DNA of 64,000 bases from Raja brachyura (taxonomy: Eukaryota): the NCBI GenBank assembly GCA_963514005.1, contig OY740781.1, positions 55,614,001-55,678,000 on the forward strand, given 5' to 3'. The position numbers were made by a program, and so were the translations under genes. Shown here piece after piece: positions 41,631 through 53,967 of this stretch. Numbering within the stretch: the stretch's first letter is position 1; each line of letters opens with the position of its first letter. The notes under the pieces are model-generated. The model was not told the DNA's origin. It made no database searches and worked only from the letters and a program-made list of their open reading frames with translations.

Positions 41631-43218
41631 CAGTTCATTCAGAAAGTATTCAGACCCCTTCACTTTTTCCACATTTTGTTAAATTACAGCCTTATTCTAA
41701 AATGGATTAAATTTTTTTTAATCAATCTGCACACAATACCCCAGAATGAAGCGAAAACAGGTGTTTAGAAATTTTTGCTAAGTAATTAAAAATAAATAAC
41801 TGAAATATCACATTTACATAAGTATTCAGACCTTTTGCTATGACACTCAAAATTGAGCTTGGGTTCATCCTGTTTCCATTGATTATCCTCGAGATGTTTC
41901 TACAACTTGATTGGAATCCACCAGTGGTAAATTAAATTGATTGGTCATGATTTGCAAAGGCATACACCTGTCTATATAAGGTCCCACTGTTGACAGTGTA
42001 TGTCAGAGCAAAAACCAAGCCATGAAGACGAAGGAATTGGCCGTAGACCTCAGAGACAGGATTGTGTCGAGACACCGATCTGGGGAAGGGTATAAAACAA
42101 TTTCTGCAGCATTGCAGGTTCTGAAGAGCGCAGTGGCCTCAGTCATTCTTAAATGGAAGAACTTTGGAACCACCAGGTCTCCATAGAGCTGGCCGCCCGG
42201 TCAATCTGAGCAATCGGGGGAGAAGGGCCTTGGTCAGGGAGGTGACAAAGAACCCGATGGTCACTCTGACAGAGCTCCAGAGTTCCTCTGTGGAGAGGGG
42301 AGAACCTTCCAGAAGGACAACTATATCTGTAGCACTCCACCAATTAGGCCCTTATGGTAGAGGGGCCAGACAGAAGCCACTCCTCAGTAAAGGGAACATG
42401 ACAGCCCGCTTAGAGTTTGTCAAAAGACATGGGAAACAAGATTCTCTAGTCTAGGAAAACCAAGATTGAACTCTTTGGCCCGAATGGAGGAAACCAGGCA
42501 CCGCTCATCACCTGGCCAATACCATACCTATGGTGAAACATGGTGTTGGCAGCATCATGCTGTGGGGATGTTTTTCAGCGGCAAGACCTTGGAGACTAGT
42601 CAGGATCGAGGGAAAGATAAACGGAGTAAAATACAGAGAGATCCTTGATGAATACCTGCTCCAGAGCGTTCTGGACCTCCAACTGGGGCGGAGGTTCAGC
42701 TTCCAACAGGACAACGGCCCTAAGCACACAGCCAAGACAACGCAGGAGTGGCTTTGTGACAAGTCTGCGAATGTCCTCGAGTGGCCCAGCCAGAGCCCGG
42801 ACTTGAACCCAATCAGACGTCTCTGGGGGGACCTGAAAATAGCTGTGCATCGACGCTCCCCATCCAACCTGACAGAGCTTGAGATATCTGCAAAGAAGAA
42901 GAGGAGAAATTACCCAAATACAGGTGTTCCAAGCTTGTAGCGTCATAACCAAGAAGACTTGAGACTGTAATGGCTGCCAAAGGTGCCTCAACAAAGTACT
43001 GAGTAAAGGGTCTGAATACTTATGTAATGTGATATTTCAGTGATTTCCTTTTAATTACTTTGCAAAAATTTAGAAACACCTGTTTTCATTTTTTTATTAT
43101 GGGGTATTGTGTGTAGATTGACGATTAAAAAAAATGGATTTAATCCATTTTAGAATAAGGCTGAACATAACAAAATGTGGAAAAAATGAAGGGGTCTGAA
43201 TATTTTCTGACTGCACTG
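41631..43218 (+). mobile_element. Tc1/mariner DNA transposon (IR/DR type) with a defective transposase
   Basis: ~200-bp TIRs beginning CAGT.CA.TCAGAAA.TATTCAGACCCCTTCA; inner repeats at ~41820 and ~43006-43021; TA follows the right end. Confidence 0.95.
42022..43002 (+). pseudogene. Tc1 transposase pseudogene
   Basis: MKTKELAVDLRDRIV..., [44 protein letters not shown]. Frameshifts and deletions; the catalytic E is lost. Confidence 0.9.
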
Positions 43219-45279
43219 TAACAAAAGAATGGGTTGCATTATTTCAAATCATAAACATTACTTCTAGGGAGGTTTATTAAAAAGTCATTGAACTAACCTG
43301 GCATTGGAAATCATTTGTTTATCATTTTCAAGTTACCAAATATTAGACAAATTCCATTAATCTGTACAACTTCCAAGCTTACGCAATAGTTCGCCAGATC
43401 AGAGATTTTGAAAGAAAATTGTCTTCCTGATATTACCAGAACCTGTTGACAAAGAAAGCCATTCCTAATCAAATATTGATGTTGCTGGTTTTAGCACATG
43501 AACAAGGCAAGAATATTAACATTTCTCTTTGCAAATGGCATCAACCCATATAGGATTAAGACATTCAATTTTGCAGCATTCTTAATATTACAGCTTTTCC
43601 AGATGAGGAGCAAGAAAAGTAAATATACCAATAACTGTGGAAGTTGGGATCTAGCGTTTGTCACTCCAAAAGGCACTGCCCAAGAAAATTAATAAGGGTG
43701 TAACCGGTGCTGCTCAAGGACACACTGGCCCAAATAGGCCCAAACTCATGCCCTATTGGGGCCAATGTGTCTAAACTACAATGTGAGCAGCAGCGTTTTC
43801 ATCTGTGGCCAAATATATGCTATTAAACCTGCCTCAGATGAGAGTTATGGGCTCATGTTCTTCTCCAGAATTTGAGAAATTCATTGGAATTCAATGTAGG
43901 ATGAAAGGAATATCACATTGATCACCCAGGGCACTGTATTCTACATGTATTTATTCTAGTTAATTCTAGAATACGAACTAGTTTATTCTAGTCCAATTGA
44001 CATTGAAAAGAGATAGCAAAAAAGCTTGAAATTGGGCTTAAGGAACTAGGTGAATGTATTCCACAACTGCTTTAAAAAGATGGACGGTGGACCAACTACT
44101 TTGATGTGATAGCCAATAGGGCACATCACCACATCTATTTCTGGGAAGACCAAGGAAATTCAACATATCTCCAAAACTTGCATAAACGCCTACAGAAGCA
44201 CCATAAAAACTATATGGTCGGGTTGCATCACATTTTTGTTTAGGAACAGCTCTGCCCAAGAAATTGCAGAGAGAAATTACAAACCAGTCTTAGCACCATT
44301 GACTCTATCTGCACTTTACACTGCCTCGGAAAAGCAACCAACATAATCAAAGACTCGTCCCACCCCGGTCATTCCTTATTTTCTCCCCTCCTCCCAACCT
44401 TCCCCACGCTGTCTAACAGAAGGTACAGAAGCATGCACCACCAGACTCGGGAGCAGCTTCTTCCTGTTATCGAGCTTCCGAATAGTCCTTCCATAAGTTT
44501 GGATACTCTAATTCACTTCTACCCATTGTGGATATTGGACTTTATCCATATGAATATTGGATTTGTGTAGGAAGGAACTTCAGGTCATGGTTTACACCAA
44601 AGATAGACACAAAATGTTGGAGTAACTCAATGAACGGATAATTCTGGTCGAACCCCTTCTTCAGACAGAGAGAAACTAGAGGCATGAAAAGGTTGAGCAC
44701 AAAATTAGACCCAGCATCGATGACCTCGGAAAGGTGGAGCCCATAATGTTTCATTGTTGTTCTACCCATCCTAAAAACATCTGGATCTAAAAAATAGACA
44801 AGAGTTTAACAGAATATGCATATCAGGGTGGATGCAGGAAAAGAAACAGCTTTAAAACCTATAGATCAATAACCAATAGTTTAATCAGAAATGAATCAAT
44901 CTAAAACATGACTGTTTCACTCTCCGTTTCCAGAGTTACACAGCACTTTCTGCTTGATATCATTTTTTTTTCATGGGATACGGATTTTATTGGCCATTTC
45001 AGAGGCCTGATTGGTCATTTCAGAGGATAACTGACAGCGAGACATAATGCCGGGTCTGGAGTCGCTAATAGGTAAATAAATCAGCTAAAGAACACAGAAG
45101 TGATGTTTCATATTGATGAGACAGAACTACTGTAGTGCAAGTTTTAAGAGCTAATGCAAACTAATTTCTAATTAGACCATGTTAACTGCACATAGGTTTC
45201 TCCAAGTTAACTGGCAAATCAGATTTTTATATTGCAGTTCCATCAATTTTATAATACTCTTGTCAACTCATTGTTTTGC

Positions 45280-46160
45280 AGAATTAGGCCATTTGGCCCA
45301 TCGAGTCGCTCCACCATTTGATCATTGCCGATCTATTTTTCCCTCTCAACCCCATTGTCTTGCCTCCTTCCCTTAAACTGTGACACCCAGACTAATCAAG
45401 AACCCATCAATCTCTATTACAGAAATACCCAATGTCTCCTCAGCGGACTGTCTCAATGAATGCCATATATTCACCACCCTCTGGCTAAATAAATTCCTCT
45501 CGAATTCCATTCTAAAGGTATGGGTCCTTTTATTCTGAGGCTGTGCCCTCTGGTCCTAGACTCCCTCACGAGTGGAAACATCTTCTCTTTATCCACTCCA
45601 TCGACACCTTTCATTATTTGGTGGGTTTAAATGAGATCCCCCCCACCCCTATTCCTCCCATCCTTCTAAACTCCAGCAAGTACAGGCACAGAGCCATCAA
45701 ATGCTCCTCACATTAACCCAATAACACTTTGATCATTAACATAGACTTCCTCTGAATCCTCTCCAACACCGGCACACCCTTCCTCAGAGAAGGGGCCCCA
45801 AACAGCTCACAGGCGTCAGAGGTTATGGGGTAAAAGGCAGGAAAATGGGGTTAGGAGGGGGAGAGATAGATCAGCCATGATTGAATGGCAGAGTTTACTT
45901 GATGGGCTGAATGGCCTAATTCTACTCCTATCACTTATAACCCTTATGACATGACAATATTGAATACATAGCCAAACCAGCATCTTATAAAGCCCCAGCA
46001 TTACACCAGTGTTTCTTAATTCCAGTGTTCTTGAAATTAATGTTAGCATTGCATTTGCCTTCCTTACTACTGACTCAACCTGCAAATTAATCTTTTGGGA
46101 ATCATGCACCAGCACGCCCAAGTCCCGTCTGATTTCTGAATCATCTCCCCATTTAGAAAA
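45280..46160 (-). mobile_element. CR1 fragment interrupted by a plus-strand CR1 tail (45815-45945)
   Basis: RDLGVLVHDS, KANAML; 3' UTR copies in both orientations. Confidence 0.75.
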
Positions 46161-46436
46161 TAGTACACAAATGTATTCTCCGCCCAAATAATTTAAATAA
46201 ATTAATATTATTTTTTTACATCATCCATTTGGAAATGGACATGAGAGAATAATTACAATTGTTTGAAAAGAACTGTTGTTCACACTACATACGAAGGGTT
46301 ACTAACATTGTCAACAACATTTTCAACAGAAGTTCCAATTTTCCTCCCTCTTTTCTGGACAAAACTGCAGTCATTCTTCTAGAATAATTCATGATTATTC
46401 TGCTACTGCTAGAATACTGTTAGCAGTTCTGAAACT

Positions 46437-47800
46437 GCTAGAGTCAGTTATAAAAGATGGGATAGCAGCGCATTTGGAAAGTGGTGAAATCATTGGACCA
46501 GGTCAGCATGGATTTACGAAAGGTAAATCATGTCTGACGAATCTTATTGAATTTTTTGAGGATGTAACTAGTAGAGTGGATAAGGGAGAAGCAGTGGATG
46601 TATTATATCTGGACTTCCAGAAGGCTATCAACAAGGTCCCACACAAGAGATTAGTATACAAACTTAAAGCACATGGTATTGGCGGTTCAGTATTGATGTA
46701 CATAGAGAACTGGCTGGCAGACAGGAAGCAAAGAGTAGGAGTGAACGGGTCCTTTTCAGGATGGCAGGTAGTGACTAGTGGGGTGCCGCAAGGTTCAGTG
46801 CTGGGACCCCAGCTATTTACAATATATATTAATGATTTGGACGAGGGAATTAAATGCAACATCTCGAAGTTTGCGGATGACACGAAGCTGGGGGGCAGTG
46901 TTAGCTGTGACAAGGATGCTAGGAGGCTGCAAGGTGACTTAGATAGGCTGGGTGAGTGGGCAAATGCATGGCAGATGCAGTATAATGTGGATAAATGGGA
47001 GGTTATCCACTTTGGTGGCAAAAACAGGAAAGTAGTCTATTATTTGAATGGTGACCGATTAGGAAAAGGGGAGATGCAACGAGACCTGGGTGTCATGGTA
47101 CACCAGTCATTGAAAGTAGGCATGCAGGTGCAGCAGGCTGTGAAGAAAGCAAATGGTATGTTGGCATTCATAGCAAAAGGATTTGAGTACAAGAGCAGGG
47201 AGGTTCTACTGCAGTTGTACAGGGTCTTGGTGAGGCCACACCTAGAGTATTGCGTACAATTTTGGTCTCCTAATCCGAGGAAAGACATTCTTGCCACAGA
47301 GGGAGTACAGAGAAGGTTCACCAGAATAATTCCTGGGATGGCAGGTCTTCCATATGAAGAAAGACTGGACAGACTCAGCTTGTACTCGCTGGAATTTAGA
47401 AGATTGAAGGGAGATCTCATAGAGACTAACAAAATTCTTAAGGGGTTGGACAGGCTAGATGCAGGAAGATTGTTCCCGATGTTGGGGAAGTCCAGGACAA
47501 GGGGTCCCTGTTTAAGGATAAGGGGGAAGCCTTTTTGGACTGTGATGAGAAAATCATTTTTCACACAGAGAGTGGTGAATCTGTGGAATTCTCTGCCACA
47601 GAAGGTAGTTGAGGCCAGTTCGTTGGGTATATTTAAGAGGGAGTTAGATGTGGCCCTTGTGGCTAATGGGATCAGGGGGTATGGAGAGAAGGCAGGTACA
47701 GGATACCGAGTTGGATGATCAGCCATGATCATATTGCATTGCGGTGCAGGCTCAAAGGGCTGAATGGCCTACTCCTGCACCTATTTTCTATGTTTCTATA
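46437..47800 (+). mobile_element. 5'-truncated young CR1 LINE with an uninterrupted 414-aa RT ORF (46474-47718)
   Basis: QHGF, SCLTNL, LDFQKA, GVPQGSVLGP, FADDTKL, RPHLEYC; (TTTCTA)-type tail. Confidence 0.95.
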
Positions 47801-48172
47801 TTCATCAGCAAACAATTTAAGAAAAAATATTCTATGGGCATAAGGTTTCATAAATTTGTTCTGGTGATACAAGCAGCTAGTGACTGGGTTCATGACTGTT
47901 TTAACAGGAAAAGATATAAACTAAAGAAAAGATACAAGCGTTTTGGGAGAAAATATGCATAATTTAAAACAGTAACTTTGGAGCACAGATTCTGGAAGTA
48001 CAATTTCTTGGGGGGCAAGGGGGGCAGTGGGAAAATCAGTGCACATGATAGTGGAAATCCCAACATTTGATGTCACCGAGTTCGTGATGGCCTGGCTCTT
48101 GAGCCATTACAGCTTGTGTGGTCCTTCCATTATGTTTCTACGTGGAGTTCCATAAGTCAGACTCAATAATAA

Positions 48173-48226
48173 GGGGTGGGAGATTGCAAGCTTCACGTGG
48201 TCCGCCCTGTTTCAACGAGTGCAATC
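48173..48226 (+). ncRNA. Minimal HDV/CPEB3-like ribozyme (copy 2)
   Basis: P1 GGGGTGG/CCGCCCT, P2 GATTGCA/TGCAATC (perfect), P3 AGC/GGT (1 mismatch), L3 TTCACGT, J4/2 CGAG. Confidence 0.7.
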
Positions 48227-48307
48227 AACCTGGTGTGCACAATCAAATAAGATCAAATAGAACAAGTTGTCCTACAACTTTAGGCTGTGCATGCCATACG
48301 CAAGAAG
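48173..48307 (+). mobile_element. ~135-bp non-autonomous retroposon, copy 2
   Basis: Same 5' end and body as copy 1; ends CAAGAAG; degenerate TSD GACTCAATAATAA / GGCTCAGTGATAA (10/13). Confidence 0.8.
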
Positions 48308-48593
48308 GCGGCTCAGTGATAAGGGAACAGTTGTACACATTCTAGTCAGGGTCATATGCAACTTAGAGTGAAGGGATCTAATCTTCCGAGCAGCTATGTA
48401 CTTCTTAGTCATAAGGTCATAAGATGAGCAGAATTAGCCCACTCGGCCCATCAAGTCTACTCCGCCATTCAATCGTGGCTGATCTATCTCTCCCTCCTAA
48501 CCCATCATTCTCCTGCCTTCTCCCCATAACCCTCGACACCTGTACTAATCAAGAATCTATCTCTGCCCTAGTCATGGACCTGCTCTTCCAAAA

Positions 48594-49545
48594 ATAATAA
48601 TAATAATAATAATAAATTTGTCATTCGAACATACAAGTATACATTTGAATGAAATGTCATTCCTCACGGGGCTAAGGTGCACAGTGGTTGATATTGATGT
48701 GAGGTGCCAGTGCAGCGCATGTGTGTTTTAGGTGAGGTGTATGTGTGCGTTGGGGGGGCATCAGGGTGTTTGTCATTCAAACAGCCAGGGGGAAGAAGCT
48801 GTTGCCAATCATGGTATTGCTGGCCATGATGCTCCAGTACCTCGTGCCCAACAGCAGAGGGGCAAAGAGCCCATGGGAGCGGTAGGAGGAGTCCTTTATA
48901 ATGTTGGAGGCTTTTTGGAGACATCTTTTGTTGAGGATGTCCAGAATGGATCGGAGAGGCTCCCCGATAACGTTTACCGCTGTCCTGACTAATTGCTGCA
49001 GGGTCTTCCTGCCTGACGCTGTGCAGTTCCCGTACCAGACGGTGATGCAGCATGTCATGACACCCTCTATGGTACCTCTGTTGAACACAGAGAGGATGGG
49101 TGGAGGAAGCTCACTCAATTCAGCGTCCTGAGGAAGTACAGCCTCTGCTGAGCCCTCCCGGCCAGGTGCATGGTGTTGAGACACCAACAGAGGTCATCAG
49201 CAAGGTGTACCCCTAGGAATTTGATGTTGCTCACCCTCTCCATGATGGAGTCATTGATGTGCAGGGGGGAGTGGACAGCTAGCATTCTCCTGAAGTCTAT
49301 GATCAGCCCTTTGGTCTTGGTGATGTTCAGAGACAGATTGTTGTCATCGCACCAGTTCACAAGCTGCGCCATTTCCTCTCTGTAGGCAGTCTCATTGTTG
49401 TCTCTGATGAGGCCCACCAGTGTCATCTGCGTATTTAATTATTTGCTTGGTGTTGTGTTTGACGGCATAGTCGTGGGCAAGTAGCGTGAATAGTAGTGGA
49501 CTTAGCACACAGCCTTGGGGGGGGGGGGGGGCTCCAGTGTTCAGG
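48594..49545 (-). mobile_element. Rex1/Babar LINE 3' fragment with (TTA)n tail
   Basis: TGAPPPQG-like RT motif, NNLSLNITKTK, AQQRLYFLR, CITVWYGNC; (TAA)n at 48594-48614. Confidence 0.85.
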
Positions 49546-50361
49546 TATAATCCTGATGCAGGGTTTCATCCCAAAAAATTGACAATTCCAAGAACCGGAT
49601 GGTGCTCAACCCACTGAATTCCTCCAGTAGATTGTTTGTTGCTCCAGATGCCAGCATCTGCAGTCTCCTGTCTCCGCTGGGCATTATTAGATTGGGCATT
49701 TAATTTTACATCATAGGAGGTTTATTTGAATTTCAGCAGCAGATAATAATAATCCATCATTGAGCCAAGTTTTCTTCATTTTGATTATAATGTTTTCAGT
49801 GAAATTGTAAAGAAGAGGTCGCATTTAGAGTATTGTGTTCAGATCTAGGCACCATGTTATGGGATAGATGTTCTCAAGATGGAAAGGGCAAGGAAAAAAA
49901 TTACGAAGATGCTGCCAGGACGAGATGGTCTGAGCTATAGGGAGAGGTGGAGTAGGCTGGGACTCTATTCCTTGAAGCGCAGGAGGATGAAGGGTGATCT
50001 TACTGTCACTATGTCATGTTGTCACTTGTGGGCGGAGCACCAAGGCAAATTCCTTGTGTGTGAATACTTGGCCAAAAAACGTATTCATTCATTCATCTTA
50101 GAGGTGTATAAAATCATGAGAGGAATAGATATTTTTCACACAAAGTGTGTTGGGTGTGTGGAACAAGATGCCGGAGGAGGTGGTTGAGGCTGGGACTATC
50201 CCAACAATTAAGAAACTATTAGACAGGTGCATGGATATGGCAGGTTTGGAGGGATATGGACCAAACTCTGGCTGGTGGGAATAGTGCAGCTGGAACATGT
50301 TGGCCGATGTGGGCAGGTTGGTCCGAAGGGCCTGTTTCCACACAGTATATAAAAAAAAATA

Positions 50362-52070
50362 GGTGTAGGAGGAAGCCAAGCGGCCCTTCAATATGATCGT
50401 GGCTGATCAACCAAAATCAGTATCCCATTCCTCCTTTTTCCCCCCATATCCCTTGATTCCATTAGCCCCAAGATCTATATCTACCACTCTCTTGAAAACA
50501 TCCAATGAATTGGCCTATACGGACTTCTGTGGCAGAGAATTCCACAGATTCACAACTCTCTGGGTGAAAAGGTGGTTCTAGACTCCAACATCGGGAACAT
50601 TTTTCCTGCATCCAGCCAGTCCAATCCCTTAAGAATTTGTTTCTAAAGAATCCCCTCTCATCCTTCTAAATTCCAGTGAATATAAGCCCAATCGATCCAT
50701 TCTTTCATCATATGTCCGTCCTGCCATCCCGGGAATTAACCTGGTGAACCTACGCTGCACTCCCTCAATAGCAAGAATGTCCTTCCTCAAATTAGGAGAC
50801 CAAAACTGCACACAATACTCCAGGTACGGTCTCACCAGGGCCCTGTACAACAGAAGGACCTCCTTGCTCTATACTCAAATCCTCTCACTATGAAGGCCAC
50901 AATGCTGTTTGCTTTCTTCACTGCCTGCTGTACCTGCACGCTTACTTTCAGTGACTGACGTACAAGGACACCCAAGTCTCGTTGCAACTTTCCTTTTCTT
51001 AATCTGACACCATTCAAATAATAATCTGCCTTCTTGTTCTTGCCATCAAAGTGGATAACGTCACATTTATCCACATTATACTGCATCTGCCCACTCACCC
51101 AACCTAGCCAAATCACCGTGTAGCCTTATAGCATCCTCCTCACAGCTCACTCTGCCACCCAGCTTCGTGTCATTCGCAACCTTGGAGATGTTACATTTAA
51201 TTCCCTCGTCTAAATCGTTAATATATATTGTAAATAACTGGGGTCCCAGCACTGAGCCTTGCGGCACCCCACTGGTCATTGCCTGCCATCATGAAAAGGA
51301 TCCTTTAATTCCAAGTCTTTGCTTCCTGTCTGCCAACCAGCTCTCTATACATTTCAATACCATGTGCTCCAATTTTGCACACTAATCTCTTGTGTGGGAC
51401 CTTGTCAAAGGCTTTTTGAAAGTCCAGATACACCACATCCACTGGCTCTTCCTTATCCATTCTACTTGTTACATCCTCAAAAAATTCCAGAAAATTAGTA
51501 AAGCATGATTTCCCCTTCATAAATCCATGCTGACGTTGACCGATCCAGTTATTGCTTTCCAAATGTGCTGCTATTACATCTTTACTAATTAACTCAAGCA
51601 TTTTCCCCACTGCTGATGTCAGGCTAACTGGTCTATAATTCCCAGTTTTCTCTCTCTCCTTTCTTAAAAAGTGGGGTTACATTAGCTACCCTCCAGTCCA
51701 CAGGAACTGATCCTGAATCTCTAGAACATTGGAAAATTATCACCAATGTGTCCACGATTTCTAGGGCTACCTCCTTGAGTACTCTGGGATGCAGGCCATC
51801 AGGCCCTGGGATTTATCTACCTTCAGTTCCAATAGTTTACCCAACACCATTTCCTGACAAACGCAGATTTCCTTCAGTTCCTCCCTCCCACTAGATGCTC
51901 GGTCCCCTGACATTTCTGGGAGATTGTTTGTGTCGTCCTCAGTGAAGACAGAATCAAAGTACTTGTTTAAGTGGTCTGCCATTTCCTTGTTTCCCCATTA
52001 TAAATTCACCTGTTTCTGATTGCAAGCGACCTACATTTGTTTTCACTAATCTTTCCCTCTTCACATATCT
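50362..52070 (-). mobile_element. CR1 LINE fragment
   Basis: LDFQKAFDKVPH, GVPQGSVLGP, RPYLEYCVQFWSP. A further plus-strand CR1 tail lies at 49820-50345. Confidence 0.9.
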
Positions 52071-52129
52071 TCACAAACACGTGTTGAATTCCTATACTCA
52101 CACAGTACCTCAGGATCATTAACAATTTG

Positions 52130-53200
52130 CTTCTCGTTCCGTTTTGAGGGTTCTGAGATGGCTGCTGAGGCTTCCATAGTCGATTTGATTGTTGTTAGCT
52201 GGGCACATAGTTTTAGATGGTATTGAGCATCTTGGTGCAGAGCCTCAATACTATCTGGAATGCCTCTTGTCCTTTTTGTACGGTCATGGGCCAGAAACCA
52301 GTGGGGTTGTGCAATTCAAGGAGGTTTGGACTTTTTCTTTTCTTCAGTCACTTGGTAACTTCTTTCCATAAGAGTGCTCAGAATATAGTCTGATATCAGG
52401 CAAACAAACAATGTGGCCTGCTTGACAAAGCTGACAGAATAATTAGAGGCTTGATGCTGGGGAAATAGTTCTGGGACAGGACAGACAGTGGTGTGCTCAT
52501 CTTTCAAGTGAATTTGTGGAATTTTACAGAGATAGTGTTGGAAATATTGCTCCTGTGCCTAGACACACCTGCTTTATGTAGTCCAGGCCTCAAATAGCAT
52601 GGGCAGGATGATTTCTGTGCTAGATCAGCACTCTTCATTTTCAACAATCACCTTCTCCTCATTTACATCAAAGGTCGCACATGAAGAAGGTGGTGAATTT
52701 CAATGTTTGCTTTCACTGAAATGTGACTTTTGGGATTTGCTGGTGATCCAAGTTTTCCAGGACCTTACCACAAATCTTTATTGTTGGAGAATGGTGATGT
52801 TTTGGAACTCTGCCTTGGGGTGTGGACGGACTCAAGCACGGCTCATAATGCAGCTTGCCGATTGAGTTTCCGGAGTATGGTTGTTGCGGTGTTAAGTGTT
52901 GTACATTTAGTTCTGAAGATTAACTCCACTCTCATTGGAAGTATGTTAGATACAAGCTGCAACATGGTGGCGTGAAGGATTGAGAAAAATTGTTGAGGCA
53001 ATGAGCCTTGTTTGACACCAGTCCTCACGGAGAATGATTTTGTTGGAAGCACACTAATTAGTATTGTGTTATAGAGTGAACACTGTGCGCCCCTAGATAG
53101 ACAGAGTCCATGGTGTGATTTAGGGAGCAGCTGTTTCTGTCACTGGGAGGAGCACTTGAGAAGGACCCAGTTGATGATTTGTGCTGCGGCAGACAGCAGG
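52130..53200 (-). mobile_element. Old RTE-like LINE remnant
   Basis: SFSVRTGVKQG RT motif in a degenerate frame. Confidence 0.55.
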
Positions 53201-53921
53201 TGGTCATACATGTTAGCCAAAAAGGGATCATTAATTTACATTATATTATCAGTTCTAAAACTGCTGGTTTTGTGGTACCTTCATTGCTTAAATAGTTATT
53301 AAATTTTATCTGACAATTTTCTGGACTTAACATCATAATTTTTCACTGTTACAAATAACTTCAGAATATTCACATGGATTTTTTTTTAAATGACAGCTAG
53401 AAACTCAAGTTACTGAAATGAAACATTATTTTTGAAATAGACACAGTAGGACACTAAAGGACACCTTTTCAACCTGTCCATGAACAGCTCTCATGCTGAG
53501 GAAGCACAATGAACAATTCCAGACTGAAATACATCAGAATGAAAAGTGAAACAGATTAGAAATGTTGCTTATTTTTCCAGGAGAACCGACAAGAAGCTGG
53601 AATATATAAGTATACAAATGAAATTATTGCTTTGACCAAAAACATTAAAACTTTCAAGGGATATTTACTTAGCTTTCATAACTTAGTGGCTTTCCTAACT
53701 AGGTTTCACCATCTAAAAGCAGCTTTTCAAAAGGCATGTGCCTTTGGATGTTTTGTAGTCAATTCATCGTGGTATAGCAGTTACGTGCTTCGGAAACTGA
53801 CCAGCAGTTGACACAAAGAACCTGACAATTAAACCTTTGTTAAAGCAGGTCTTTTATGATCAAATCTGTTTGTATGAGGTTATGCTGGAATATTACCTTG
53901 TATAAATGCTGGTGCTAATTC

Positions 53922-53967
53922 GGGGGGGGGGGGGGGGGGGGGAGGGGGGAGGGGGAGGGGAGGGGGA
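53922..53967 (+). repeat. Poly-G / (GGGGGA)n tract
   Basis: Read directly from the sequence. Confidence 0.9.

Noticed and set aside
46474-47718. 414-aa reverse transcriptase ORF as a host gene or a retron-like system
   Set aside because: It is a 5'-truncated CR1 ORF2 with a LINE tail, lacks the endonuclease and an ATG start, and has substitutions in conserved motifs.
47040-47732. 230-aa minus-strand ORF, and similar antisense ORFs at 18390-19064, 19961-20587 and 46503-47021
   Set aside because: Antisense shadows of CR1 coding sequence.
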